A stretch of 39,816 nt of DNA from a virus (IMGVR_UViG_3300031965_000479:1-39816); one strand, 5' to 3'; positions 9,901 through 19,298 are shown, numbered from the stretch's first letter. Numbers and translations: made by a program. The notes: generated by a model from the sequence alone, not told the origin.

Positions 9901-11181
9901 TTACGCAGCGCCAGTGAACCCGGTGCCGACGATCCACTTGGACGGGCACTTGTTGATGAGACAGACGCGGATGTCGCCTTCGGCCTCGAGCGCGGGCTTG
10001 TACTCGCCGGCGTCCAGGATGCCGCCTTCGATCCGACGCCAGAGGTCCTGGCCGTCGGTGTGCAGGCGAACCAGCTTGTCGGTGTACATCAGCTTGAAGG
10101 GCGCCTTCTTGCTGTTGCCGGCGAGGATGCTTCCGCCCAACATGTACGGCCACTGCAGCAGGTCCATCGACCCACCTGCGCCGTTGCTGATCTGAATCGC
10201 CTGCGCACCGATGACGATGGCCTTGTTGCCGGAGCCCATCTTCGTGACGCTGACGTTCACGATCTCGCGAGCGTCGCTGGTCTCGAGGAACGAGGTCCAC
10301 TGAGGCGTGGGGATGAACGCCACGTCGAGCGCGATGCCCTTCGAGTAGGCCCGAGAGGCCAATCGCAAGACGGCTGCGCGCAGCGCGATGTTCGACAGCG
10401 AGATACGGTGAGGCTGCAGCGTGCGAGGATGGTCGTACCGGTCCTGCCCGTAGAAGTTCTCGCCGTTGGTGGCCGCGGTCGGATTGCACCAGCCGAAGGC
10501 GCCAGCGATGGCCCGAGGCTTCGCCTGGTTGTAATAGACGTCGCCCTTCTCCCAGATGGTGTCGCCCACGCTGAACGAGACCGCGCTGGTGCAGGTCACC
10601 ACGCCGGTGTCATCGTTCCAGCTCTCGACCACCTCTTCGGTGCCCGGGTCGGCGCCGTTCAAGTTGCCGCTGCCGTTGGTCGCAGCGCCCACCAGGACCA
10701 TGTCTTCGCTCAGGCGGTTGGTCAGCGAGGTGTCGATGGTGAAGGTGGAACCGTCCACTGCGGTGACGACGCCGATTTCACCGTTGATGGCCGCTTCCCA
10801 GCGGTACAGCTTCCGCATCGCAACGCCGATCGCGTTGTCGAGGGCCATCTTCATGAAGTTGTACAGGGCCTTGCTGCCCTTGCCCTTCGCCGAATCCATC
10901 GACTCGCGGAGCACGCGCGCCCGGAAGTGGATGTTGCGGGGGGTGATTTCGAAGCGGAACGACTCCATCGCGCCGCCGGCCAGCGCGTAGTCAGGACTCG
11001 CGAGGGCGGTGCCCTCGGAGATGACTTCGAAGGCAATCGCTTCACCGCCGCCGTTTGACTCCAGCTCGCAGCGCGAGTGGAAAACGTCGGACATTTCGTG
11101 ATCGAAGGCGGTCTTGACGGGGTCACCGTCGTACGCCTTTTGCAAGAGCGGGGTCACCGCTCCAAGGGTCAAATCGGCCAT
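9901..11181 (-). CDS. Major capsid protein
   Basis: 426 aa; follows portal and scaffold; AAAGGA SD; size and composition fit an HK97-fold coat. Confidence 0.75.
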   Translation of the reverse strand: MADLTLGAVTPLLQKAYDGDPVKTAFDHEMSDVFHSRCELESNGGGEAIAFEVISEGTALASPDYALAGGAMESFRFEITPRNIHFRARVLRESMDSAKGKGSKALYNFMKMALDNAIGVAMRKLYRWEAAINGEIGVVTAVDGSTFTIDTSLTNRLSEDMVLVGAATNGSGNLNGADPGTEEVVESWNDDTGVVTCTSAVSFSVGDTIWEKGDVYYNQAKPRAIAGAFGWCNPTAATNGENFYGQDRYDHPRTLQPHRISLSNIALRAAVLRLASRAYSKGIALDVAFIPTPQWTSFLETSDAREIVNVSVTKMGSGNKAIVIGAQAIQISNGAGGSMDLLQWPYMLGGSILAGNSKKAPFKLMYTDKLVRLHTDGQDLWRRIEGGILDAGEYKPALEAEGDIRVCLINKCPSKWIVGTGFTGAA

Positions 11182-11184
11182 GTT

Positions 11185-11327
11185 GAGTTCCTTTGGTTCG
11201 AAATGGATCGACTCGGACTGCTCGCCCGGGGATCTCTGTTTCGAAGCTCAGGAACTCTGTTTTGTCGGACCGATCTCTTGGAATTGGCGCCGGGATTCCA
11301 CCGGCTTGCGCACGGGACCATCCGTGC
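11185..11327 (-). ncRNA. Structured 5' leader of capsid gene
   Basis: Nested stems GAGTTCCT/AGGAACTC, TTCGAAA/TTTCGAA, GATC/GATC, CGGGC/GTCCG; upstream hairpins GCACGG/CCGTGC and GCCGG/CCGGC. Confidence 0.55.
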
Positions 11328-11382
11328 TCTACGTTCTTTTAGTCAGTCAGCCTCATGAGCCTCAGACGCCGTCTGCCCATCA

Positions 11383-11411
11383 AAGCTGGCACGTATTGCT
11401 TCTGAATGCAA
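11383..11411 (-). promoter_or_regulatory. Candidate sigma70-type promoter for capsid gene
   Basis: TTGCAT-17 nt-CAGCTT with TG extension; same -35 hexamer as promoter at 35865-35893. Confidence 0.4.
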
Positions 11412-11437
11412 TCTCCGCTTGACAGTAAATGGCTGCT

Positions 11438-12217
11438 TTACGTGACCGCAGCCCGCTCCGCGCCGGTCTCCATGTCGCGCAGCTGGTCTTTCAGATCCAG
11501 CTTCTTGGTCGTGGGGCTTGGCGTCGACTTCGCTGCGTCAGTGTCGACGGTGGTCTCCAGTGGCTGCTGGCGCATCACCTTGATCTGGTCGCTGAGCCAC
11601 ATGGGAGGGACCCATTGCTCCTCGGCCGTGTCGTTCACGGCGCCCAGCCGCGACAGCTCGGTCTCCAGGATCTGACCCAGGTACGAGTACGCCTCGGGGT
11701 AGCACGTCGCGTAGACCTGGACCTGCGCCGAGATGAGCACGCCCGCGGCGAAGTCGTGGACCAGGCGCATGTGATCCTCGACCGTGTCCACCAAGATCGC
11801 AAACAAGCCCTCGCTCAGCGCGTCCGAGGGGACGATGAGGTCCCCGCGCACGGTGCTGATGGTGGTCGACGGGTGGCGCGCCTCAATCTCGGCTCGCGCC
11901 GCCAGCTGGGCGCCCTGGTAGCCGGCGCTCAACTCGAGGCCAAGCAGATCCTCCCAGACGCCGCCCAGGGCCTCGTAATCGTGCACGGTGGCCTGCAGGC
12001 GCTTCCAGTAAGCCGCGCCCTCCCACTTGAGCGCGTAGAGCCTGGCCGGGTCCTCGAGGGCCAGTGCCGCCTTCAGCGCCTTCGTCAGGTCGCGTTGGAA
12101 CGTGCGCGTCGCCCGAAGGTGCACCTTCGTCGGCGACTTCAGCAGGCCGGTGGCCATCAGCAGCAACTCGGCCTGCGGAATCTCGAGCTCGGCCGTGGCC
12201 GCCGGTGCTTCAGCCAC
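11438..12217 (-). CDS. Hypothetical protein (possibly virion-associated)
   Basis: 259 aa helical ORF overlapping scaffold stop. Confidence 0.65.
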   Translation of the reverse strand: MAEAPAATAELEIPQAELLLMATGLLKSPTKVHLRATRTFQRDLTKALKAALALEDPARLYALKWEGAAYWKRLQATVHDYEALGGVWEDLLGLELSAGYQGAQLAARAEIEARHPSTTISTVRGDLIVPSDALSEGLFAILVDTVEDHMRLVHDFAAGVLISAQVQVYATCYPEAYSYLGQILETELSRLGAVNDTAEEQWVPPMWLSDQIKVMRQQPLETTVDTDAAKSTPSPTTKKLDLKDQLRDMETGAERAAVT

Positions 12218-13208
12218 CGAAGCCCAGCCTTCGCCGCGGATCGGCCTCGCGGTCCCACTTTTCGAGCAACTCCAGGTTCTCGTCGTGGATGCTCTTGCCG
12301 CTGCTTCCGTGCGGGACGGGCGCCCCCGCTGGGATGTTCGGGTCGGCCCGCTTCAGTGGCTGCTCGCCGTCCAGCATCGAGGACCGCTCGAGCGCCTCCA
12401 TGCGGTCCAGATCCGCCTGCACCTCGTCGTGAATCGACAGGGGCCCCGCGGCGGCCGGGCGCTTCGACCCGAACGGCGTGGCGTCAATTTCCTCCTGGAA
12501 GCCCGCTTCGATCGCCGCCATGACGTCCGGGGGCTCGTTCGGCTTGCCCGACTTCGTCAGCGCGCGGAAGGTGTCGAGCACCAGCGCCGGGGTGATCTTC
12601 TTCGCCCAGGCCGCCGAGAGGGGGAACTTGGCCGCCGTGTCGGGCGCGTCGGTGAACGCGTCCACCTCCTTGAGGAACTCGTTCTGAATGGCCTTCGACT
12701 CGGCAACCTTCGCCGCTTCCCGGGCGGTCGCAGCTTCGGCTTCCTTAGCCGCCCGCGCGGCGGCGTCGGCTTCCTGGGCCTTCTTGACCTCGGACTTCAC
12801 CAGGTCGGCAACGGGCAGGTCCGTCGGCACCTCGACGTCGAGCGACAGTTCCTCGATGATTTGCTGCGGCTTGTAGCCCTCGCCCAGTAGGTCACGGATT
12901 GCCTCGCGGACGTTCGTGGTCTTCTTGCTCTCGAGGCCTTCGAGGCGAGCCAGCTTCGCCGCGTTGTCCTTCGCGGCTTTCTCGGCGATCTCAGCCCTGC
13001 GGGTCGCATCCCTCGCCTGGCTCGACGCCTTCGCTGCCTGTTCCAGAAGCGTGTCCAGGTCCACGGTCGGCTTCGCCGAAGAGGCTGGCGCGGATTCGCC
13101 GGTAGGCGCAGCGGCCACATTCCCATCCGACGGCGCGGCAGACGCCGCATCTTTTGGGCCGGGGGATGCGCTGCCTTCGGTCGGGGTCGTTGAGCTCTCG
13201 TCGGACAT
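12210..13208 (-). CDS. Capsid scaffolding protein
   Basis: Low-complexity acidic N-terminus, coiled coil, AAGGAG SD, between portal and MCP. Confidence 0.7.
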   Translation of the reverse strand: MSDESSTTPTEGSASPGPKDAASAAPSDGNVAAAPTGESAPASSAKPTVDLDTLLEQAAKASSQARDATRRAEIAEKAAKDNAAKLARLEGLESKKTTNVREAIRDLLGEGYKPQQIIEELSLDVEVPTDLPVADLVKSEVKKAQEADAAARAAKEAEAATAREAAKVAESKAIQNEFLKEVDAFTDAPDTAAKFPLSAAWAKKITPALVLDTFRALTKSGKPNEPPDVMAAIEAGFQEEIDATPFGSKRPAAAGPLSIHDEVQADLDRMEALERSSMLDGEQPLKRADPNIPAGAPVPHGSSGKSIHDENLELLEKWDREADPRRRLGFGG

Positions 13209-13225
13209 GGTGATCTCCTTGTTGG

Positions 13226-15094
13226 TTACGCTGCGGCTTGCTGGGCGAGGGGGGCGGCTCCGCTCGGGTCGACCACGCCGCCCGGGTTCGCGACGACGGC
13301 GCTGCTCTCAGCGCTTGCCGCCCGATCCTTGAACAGCAGGTAGAGCCGAAACAGAGCGTCGAGGTTCTTGCGCGGGTAGATGCCCTTCACTCGGGCAGCT
13401 GCGTGCGCGTTGGCGGCCATCTTCTTGCCCATCGCCGCGTCCTGCGTCTCGTCGGGGGCGTAGACCTGCGCCTCTTCGAGGGCTTTCTCGATTTGCAGTC
13501 GGATCAGGCGGCGTGGCCCCAGCTTCGGCTCGAAGATGGCCTTCAGGTCGGGATTCTCGAACATCTCCGCGATGTCCAGATTGTCGATGAGGTCGGGCGC
13601 CGCTTCCTTGAAGGTGTTCGCAGTCTCGAGCTTGCCGGCCACGCTGTCAGGCAGGGCGCCGCTGGTCTGAATCGTGACGGTCCATGAATTCTCTGGCAGC
13701 TTCAGCTTCGACCAGGGGATGACCTCGAGGGCATCGGTGTTGTTCGCGCGAACGCGGGCTGACTTCGAGCCGTACCACACGGGCGCCAGGTGAATCAGGA
13801 TGCGCGCGGATTCTTCCCACATCTCAGCCCAGGCATGCGACTGCTGCGACAGGCGAATCGCGATTTCGGTGCGGTACTCGCGAATTGCGATGCCCGACTC
13901 GATGCCACCGGGCAGGGTGCCCTCGCTCGTCGCCTCGTTCTGCCCCGTCTCGCGCAAGGCGCCTTCACGCAGGCGGTCCAGGTGCTGGATGACGTGGTCG
14001 CTGACCGTGGTCGGGATGCTGATGATTGGCGCGGGCCGACCCTTCGGCCACGTCACCCGGTTGAACGGCACGTCAGACGGGGTCGTGATGGTGACGCCCT
14101 CTTCGGCGCCCACAGTCGGCACCTGCGCCTGAATCTGCGTGTAAAGCTTCTGGGTCAGTCCGTTGATCCAGTAGGCGTACGGCGCAATGGAGCGGCCCAC
14201 CGGTCGACCTTCGCCGTCGCGGAACCCGAGCGACGCGCGGAACTTTAACACCGGCAACACCGGGTGCTTCCATTCGCGGTCGCACAGCACGGTATTGCCG
14301 TCGAGCTGAACCACTTCGCGGCCCTTGCTTTCGCCGCATGGCTTGCACCATCCGTAGTGCAGGCGGATGGTTTGCTCAATCTCCACCGACGACGACGAAT
14401 CGACGCCGGTGATTGCCTCGGGGTGCTCGATGGTCGCGCCGTCGATGGCGGCGTCACGCAGGCCGTCCGGGTCTGCTGGAAGATGCGGCGACTTCGACCC
14501 CAGTAGCGCCTTCGCCTGGCGCTTCGTGAGATAGCGGATCGTCGTGGCCATGTCCCCGTCGGCGCTGATGTGCGTGTCGAACAGGTCCAGCTTGACCAGG
14601 CGGGCGTTGCCGTTCGCGTCTTGCTCCCACAGCGCGTACCCCATGCCCTCGGCGCTCAGGAACGAGTCGTAGGCCATGCGCGTGCCGACGCCCAGCAGAT
14701 TGTTGTCGGCGTGCGCCCCGTCGATGAGGCGGTTCCCCTGCGCGGCCGCGCGCAGCGTGGAATTGTTCGCTCCGACGGTGACGATGCGGGACTTCAACGG
14801 CTTCGCCAGCCGCGCCACGCCGGTGTCCAGCGCTTCGGCCATGATGTTGAACCCGCACTTGCGCAGCCCTGACCACGAGATGATCGGGCCGACCTCCGTC
14901 GTCGGAGTCGACTGGGGGCGCGAGAAATAGAGCTGGAGAAGCGAGCGCGTCTCCTGGTGCTCGTGCGTCTTCTTGTCGCGAATGTCGCTGATTTCGTCGA
15001 TGAGGCCGAACGCCGGGTCCTTCCCCGTCTCATCTTTCGGGCGGACGTCCCACCAGGCGAGTTTGCGTTCAGTCGTTGTTGCTCCTAGGCCCAT
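13226..15094 (-). CDS. Portal protein
   Basis: 622 aa directly after TerL; GIESGIAIREY motif of podovirus-type portals. Confidence 0.8.
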   Translation of the reverse strand: MGLGATTTERKLAWWDVRPKDETGKDPAFGLIDEISDIRDKKTHEHQETRSLLQLYFSRPQSTPTTEVGPIISWSGLRKCGFNIMAEALDTGVARLAKPLKSRIVTVGANNSTLRAAAQGNRLIDGAHADNNLLGVGTRMAYDSFLSAEGMGYALWEQDANGNARLVKLDLFDTHISADGDMATTIRYLTKRQAKALLGSKSPHLPADPDGLRDAAIDGATIEHPEAITGVDSSSSVEIEQTIRLHYGWCKPCGESKGREVVQLDGNTVLCDREWKHPVLPVLKFRASLGFRDGEGRPVGRSIAPYAYWINGLTQKLYTQIQAQVPTVGAEEGVTITTPSDVPFNRVTWPKGRPAPIISIPTTVSDHVIQHLDRLREGALRETGQNEATSEGTLPGGIESGIAIREYRTEIAIRLSQQSHAWAEMWEESARILIHLAPVWYGSKSARVRANNTDALEVIPWSKLKLPENSWTVTIQTSGALPDSVAGKLETANTFKEAAPDLIDNLDIAEMFENPDLKAIFEPKLGPRRLIRLQIEKALEEAQVYAPDETQDAAMGKKMAANAHAAARVKGIYPRKNLDALFRLYLLFKDRAASAESSAVVANPGGVVDPSGAAPLAQQAAA

Positions 15095-16533
15095 GGGTTC
15101 CCCTCGTCTTTCGGCCGCATGCGTTCGCGAATCTTCCGTTCAAGTACGACCTCTGGGTCCTCCGGTGGGGGAGGCGGTTCGTAGAAATGCAGCTCTTTGA
15201 CCTTGCGTTGCCCCATGTAGCAGGCGTCCAACTCGTCTGGCATGTGCCCGTCGATCAGCTCGCCGACGTGGCCGTCCTTCCACTTGGGCCGCTTCATGGT
15301 GTCGAAGAACTCCTGCGGCAGGTCATCGACGAAGCGCGCGTAGCCGGTGCGCATGTCGCCCGCCATGAAGCGGATGTTCGGCACCTTGTCGGACTTCTCC
15401 GCGGCGTCGACTTCCCACATGCCCTCAGCGGCCTTGATGTCCATGATGAGCGCCTTGCCGAGGCCGCCGCCGTCGCCGACGAGAACTGGCGTCTCGGACG
15501 GCTTGTACTTCGCGACCCACTTACGCCCCCACTCGCGGCCGTATTCGACCTGCTGACTGCCAGAGAGGCCGGTCTTCTTGTGAGTCTCGACGAAGTAGGC
15601 GAACGGGTCGTGGCGGCTGTAGAGCCAGCACCCCACGCTGCAGGCGTCGACCGTGCCGAAGTCGATGCAAATGACCAGGCACACGTCCCGGGTCGGCAAG
15701 CAGGCGCGGGGAACGCGCAGCGCGAGCGCCACCGGGAAGATTTGCAGCACGCCGCCGCTGTTGAATTCCGCGAACCACTCCCGTCGCATCATCGGGTCGG
15801 CGCAGTCCACCCAGCGCGGGCGACCGCCGATGCGGGAGTAAACCGGCACCGTCAGCTCGATGCATTCGACGCCCTCAACCTTGCAGGCCGCGCGGAACTC
15901 GCCGTCCGGGTCCTTGATGTGCGGGTTCCCCCACTGATCAGCCCGGGTGACCCCAAAGCCCAAGGCTGTGTTGTGACAGACGTCGTACCAGAACCCGCTG
16001 TCCATTGTCCCGGTGCCGCTCATCGTGATGCGGCCCTTGACCCCGTGCTGTGCCTCGAGGTCACCGAGTCGCGGGCCGAAGACCTTGGTCACCGCGTACC
16101 GGAGAACCTCGGGCCGCCAGTCCTGGCACTCGTCGAGGTGCACGGACTTCATGAACTTCATGCCGCGGCCCTTGCGGTTGAAGATCTTGTCGGAGTCGGC
16201 CCCGGTGCAGTACAGGATCGACTTGTTCGGCCACTCGATCGTCAGTTTGCTGAGGTTCGTCTTACCGCCGGTCTCTTCGGCAAGGTCCTTCAGGTGCCGC
16301 CACTCGTTCGCCTCAGCGCGACCCGCGGTGTCGGCGGCGTAGATGACCGCGCATCCGGGCGTCTGCAAGGCATCCCAGACGAGCCCAGTGCCTCCGGTGG
16401 TGGTCTTTGCGCTACCACGGCCACAGGGCCACGCCCGGTGCCGAGTCGGATCCTCGAACATCTCCAGCGCGACGGGAAACAGCCCCGGGCGCGGGTCCCA
16501 GGGCTTCGCTTCCTCGCGCCGCGCTGGGCGCAT
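15085..16533 (-). CDS. terL: Terminase large subunit
   Basis: Walker A-like GRGSAKTT, Walker B VHLDECQ, SGT coupling motif, GNPH, nuclease IDFG and HMPDELDA. Confidence 0.88.
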   Translation of the reverse strand: MRPARREEAKPWDPRPGLFPVALEMFEDPTRHRAWPCGRGSAKTTTGGTGLVWDALQTPGCAVIYAADTAGRAEANEWRHLKDLAEETGGKTNLSKLTIEWPNKSILYCTGADSDKIFNRKGRGMKFMKSVHLDECQDWRPEVLRYAVTKVFGPRLGDLEAQHGVKGRITMSGTGTMDSGFWYDVCHNTALGFGVTRADQWGNPHIKDPDGEFRAACKVEGVECIELTVPVYSRIGGRPRWVDCADPMMRREWFAEFNSGGVLQIFPVALALRVPRACLPTRDVCLVICIDFGTVDACSVGCWLYSRHDPFAYFVETHKKTGLSGSQQVEYGREWGRKWVAKYKPSETPVLVGDGGGLGKALIMDIKAAEGMWEVDAAEKSDKVPNIRFMAGDMRTGYARFVDDLPQEFFDTMKRPKWKDGHVGELIDGHMPDELDACYMGQRKVKELHFYEPPPPPEDPEVVLERKIRERMRPKDEGNPWA

Positions 16534-16547
16534 GATTTCCGCTAGAG

Positions 16548-16979
16548 TCAGGGCTTCATGGGCTGCGTTCCAGGTTCATTCGGAACTCGATGCACACTTC
16601 GAGTGGCGCAAGTCCAGTGATGGCCGCAAGCGACCCCTTTAATCTCGGCCGCAGTCGACGGCCTCTCGTTTCCCTTCCCAGGCACGCACCCGGCGAAGAT
16701 TCCATTGGGTGGGCAGCCGCAGGCGTGCTGGTTGATCCAGTAGGATATCCCGTGCAACCCCCTACACTCAGCCGCGATCGCGCCTTTCGGAGGCCCAGGC
16801 TCAATATCGACCAGCGAATCGCCGCGATACACCAGCTTGAAGCCCGACCTCGCTGCATCCGCCTTCGCCTTCATCTTGTCCAGTTCGGCGAAGCCGACCG
16901 ACGGCAGCACCCGGACATCACCCGGGCACTCCGGCTCGTGGCCATTCTCCCGCGCGCATCCGTAGCAGCTCTTGCTCAT
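16548..16979 (-). CDS. Cys-rich hypothetical protein
   Basis: ATG 16979 downstream of GGAGG; CxxC..H...C motif. Confidence 0.45.
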   Translation of the reverse strand: MSKSCYGCARENGHEPECPGDVRVLPSVGFAELDKMKAKADAARSGFKLVYRGDSLVDIEPGPPKGAIAAECRGLHGISYWINQHACGCPPNGIFAGCVPGKGNERPSTAAEIKGVACGHHWTCATRSVHRVPNEPGTQPMKP

Positions 16980-16980
16980 A

Positions 16981-17151
16981 TCACCCACGATACACCTCCG
17001 GGAACAGCGCTGTGAAGAACCCGACGAGGCTGAGCCACTCGCCGCGGTTCGCCACTGCCACGTCGCACCAGTCATCGCCGGGCTGCCCCTGGACCCACGC
17101 CACCGGCGTCCAGCGCGCCCAGCCGGAGATGGCGACGCTCAGGCTAGCCAT
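16981..17151 (-). CDS. Small Trp-rich hypothetical protein (56 aa)
   Basis: Manual translation MASLSVAISGWARW...EVYRG; fills gap exactly. Confidence 0.45.
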   Translation of the reverse strand: MASLSVAISGWARWTPVAWVQGQPGDDWCDVAVANRGEWLSLVGFFTALFPEVYRG

Positions 17152-17461
17152 CTAGAAAGTCCTTCGCTGCCCACTTGGCCGCGTACGCCTCATGGTCGAA
17201 CGCGTCGAGGTGAATCAGCCTCACGTCAGGCTGATTGCGCGCGCACTCGAACCGCCCCTCGTCGCGGGGCACGGATTCGTCCAGCTCGACGGTCAGCTGT
17301 CCCCATTTGAACTGGACCACCATCAGACAGTTCGGCTGCGACGTCAGCAGGCGAAGCGGCTTGTAGCCGTAGTGCCAGGCGAACTCGGCTGCGTACCTGA
17401 CGCCCCCAAAGAAGTCGCGACCGGCGCAGTTCACGAACGAGATTGCGTTGTTCTGTTTCAT
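17144..17461 (-). CDS. Hypothetical protein
   Basis: MKQNNAISFV..., ATGA coupling. Confidence 0.55.
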   Translation of the reverse strand: MKQNNAISFVNCAGRDFFGGVRYAAEFAWHYGYKPLRLLTSQPNCLMVVQFKWGQLTVELDESVPRDEGRFECARNQPDVRLIHLDAFDHEAYAAKWAAKDFLDG

Positions 17462-17538
17462 GGATTCAGCGCCTTCCAGTAGACGCGCCACACGCCGTAC
17501 GGCCGGGTCACGAGGATGTAGCGGTCTGGCGTCCTCAT
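17458..17538 (-). CDS. 26-aa microprotein
   Basis: MRTPDRYILVTRPYGVWRVYWKALNP; ATGA overlaps at both ends. Confidence 0.45.
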   Translation of the reverse strand: MRTPDRYILVTRPYGVWRVYWKALNP

Positions 17539-17966
17539 CGTTCCTCAACGATGCCGGCGAATCGCCAGGCAATCTCATCCCACACGGTCATCACGGCCCT
17601 GTGCATCGACACCTGGCCCGGCTTGGTCACGGCGTCGTCGTGCTGTTTGCGGAGCACGATGATTTTGTCTGCGGGGGGCGCCCGGTCGAACGGGATGCCA
17701 TCCGCCCAGCGTCGGAGTGCCCGCGCCATGACGTGGCCCTCGCAGACCCAAGGACCCACCATCGGGAACCACCGGAACGCGATCCACTTCGCGCCGCCGT
17801 TCTCTCCCGAGAAGTCGAGATCATCAGGCAAGTACGTCACGCCCTCTTCGGGCTCCTTCACCATCGACCGCGGGTCCCCGCAGAACGTGGGGATACCCTG
17901 GGCGCGATACTCCCGGGCCAGCGTGGACTTGCCGGTGCGGGGGCCGCCGACGATGATGACTCTCAT
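17535..17966 (-). CDS. P-loop kinase (adenylate/nucleoside kinase-like)
   Basis: MRVIIVGGPRTGKSTLA Walker A; WVCEG; DKIIVL. Confidence 0.75.
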   Translation of the reverse strand: MRVIIVGGPRTGKSTLAREYRAQGIPTFCGDPRSMVKEPEEGVTYLPDDLDFSGENGGAKWIAFRWFPMVGPWVCEGHVMARALRRWADGIPFDRAPPADKIIVLRKQHDDAVTKPGQVSMHRAVMTVWDEIAWRFAGIVEER

Positions 17967-18220
17967 GACACCCACCCGACGCAGCGGTGCGCGCCGAACA
18001 GGACGTGAGCCTTGTGGTCGATTTCGCAGATGCCCCAGACCTCACTCCCGGCTACGACGGTGCCGATCGGTCGAGGCTGCGCGGACTTCGTCACGTACGC
18101 CGTGGTCCACTCGCCATCGGCGACCTGCGCGTTGAGGCACTTGGCTCGCAGCGCGGCCTTGGCCATGACCTCGATATCGGCCTGGAGCGCGGCGAAGTCG
18201 GCAGTGACCATGGCGCTCAC
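17963..18220 (-). CDS. Hypothetical protein
   Basis: GTGA/ATGA overlaps at both ends. Confidence 0.45.
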   Translation of the reverse strand: MSAMVTADFAALQADIEVMAKAALRAKCLNAQVADGEWTTAYVTKSAQPRPIGTVVAGSEVWGICEIDHKAHVLFGAHRCVGWVS

Positions 18221-18498
18221 AGGATCGAAATCAGCGCCTGCGCAGGGTGAACGATGGTTCCGCGGCTGCCCGGCGCCTTCACGAACGCCACGCCCTTCGA
18301 CGGAAACCAATGCCCGTCCATGTAGTTCACGACGCCCACGCCGGGCACCTGAGTCTTCGCAGGCAGCACAGCCCGGCACTTGAACGCCGGCACGTAGCCC
18401 ACGCCGGGCAGCATGGCCTTGACCATGCCCACCTCATGCTCAGGCACGGGCTGCGTGGGTTCAGGCTGCTTCGGGTCCGGTTTCTTCGCGTCTGACAT
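18217..18498 (-). CDS. Hypothetical protein
   Basis: AAGGAG SD, MSDAKKPDPK...; internal PGVG repeat. Confidence 0.6.
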   Translation of the reverse strand: MSDAKKPDPKQPEPTQPVPEHEVGMVKAMLPGVGYVPAFKCRAVLPAKTQVPGVGVVNYMDGHWFPSKGVAFVKAPGSRGTIVHPAQALISIL

Positions 18499-18871
18499 GG
18501 GAACTCTCCTTGAACGTTGCAGGCCAGCGAAACGCAGCCACCACGGTGCGCATCGCAAGGGAATTGAATCGGACCACCAGCGGCTTCTTCGTGTCGAAGC
18601 CAAGTGCCTCCATGAGACGCGGAATCACCGGAAACTTGCGTACGTCGTGCTTCACGTACGCGTACACCAGTTCGTCACCGACGCGCCCCGCCCAGCCGTA
18701 CAGCAGGTCGGAGCCGTCGGCGCGTTTCTCATGGGGAGCGAGGGCCACCATCAGCTTCGCACTGGCGTGCAGCAGGTCGTGAAGCTCCGTCGCGAGCACG
18801 CCGGTCTGCAGGCAGAACGACGTGAACACGAAGCGCTCGTCACTCGACGCGATGTAGGAGCGGACCTTCAT
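18461..18871 (-). CDS. GNAT-like acetyltransferase (divergent)
   Basis: D..FVF.SF / LMVA..DLLYGW / LVYAYVKHDVRK..VIPRLM pattern resembles phage GNATs. Confidence 0.5.
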   Translation of the reverse strand: MKVRSYIASSDERFVFTSFCLQTGVLATELHDLLHASAKLMVALAPHEKRADGSDLLYGWAGRVGDELVYAYVKHDVRKFPVIPRLMEALGFDTKKPLVVRFNSLAMRTVVAAFRWPATFKESSHVRREETGPEAA

Positions 18872-19140
18872 GTTTCCAGCGCGAGTAAGGCGCGGCCCGC
18901 CCGATAGCTCAGCCCTATCTCTATCGAGCCGCCCTCGACTTCGGCGGTCGGCATCCAGACCGTCATGAAGCCCGGTCCCGAGGCGACGGGATATGCTCGA
19001 CCCAAGACGCCCTGGTGGCGCTTGATAAGCCAAAGCGCCCGGTCCAGTTCGTGGACGAGGTCGCTTCGCTGGCGGTAGCCGCTCACGGTCTTGGCCGCTT
19101 CACGTACGCGTACACCGGCGATGTAGGAGCGGACCTTCAT
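18868..19140 (-). CDS. Hypothetical mosaic protein sharing its 5' end with downstream gene
   Basis: Same MKVRSYIA start; ATGA coupling. Confidence 0.45.
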   Translation of the reverse strand: MKVRSYIAGVRVREAAKTVSGYRQRSDLVHELDRALWLIKRHQGVLGRAYPVASGPGFMTVWMPTAEVEGGSIEIGLSYRAGRALLALET

Positions 19141-19298
19141 CGGCGGCGTATCCCTTCGCTGATCATGCGCCGGACGTCGTCGCCGATGCGCTGGACGGAG
19201 GCGAGCAGTTCCTGCTCCGGCGTCGACCTCCAGTAGTCACGCTTGCCCAAGTCGGCGAGGGCCTTGTGCAAGATCTCCCTCCCGCGGTGCAGCTTCAT
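19137..19298 (-). CDS. Small hypothetical protein
   Basis: ATGA overlaps at both ends. Confidence 0.45.
   Translation of the reverse strand: MKLHRGREILHKALADLGKRDYWRSTPEQELLASVQRIGDDVRRMISEGIRRR

Noticed and set aside
2543-16545. Long plus-strand ORFs (e.g. 2543..4030, 6252..7925, 9886..11058, 15076..16545)
   Set aside because: Antisense shadows of minus-strand genes, expected in high-GC DNA; no motifs
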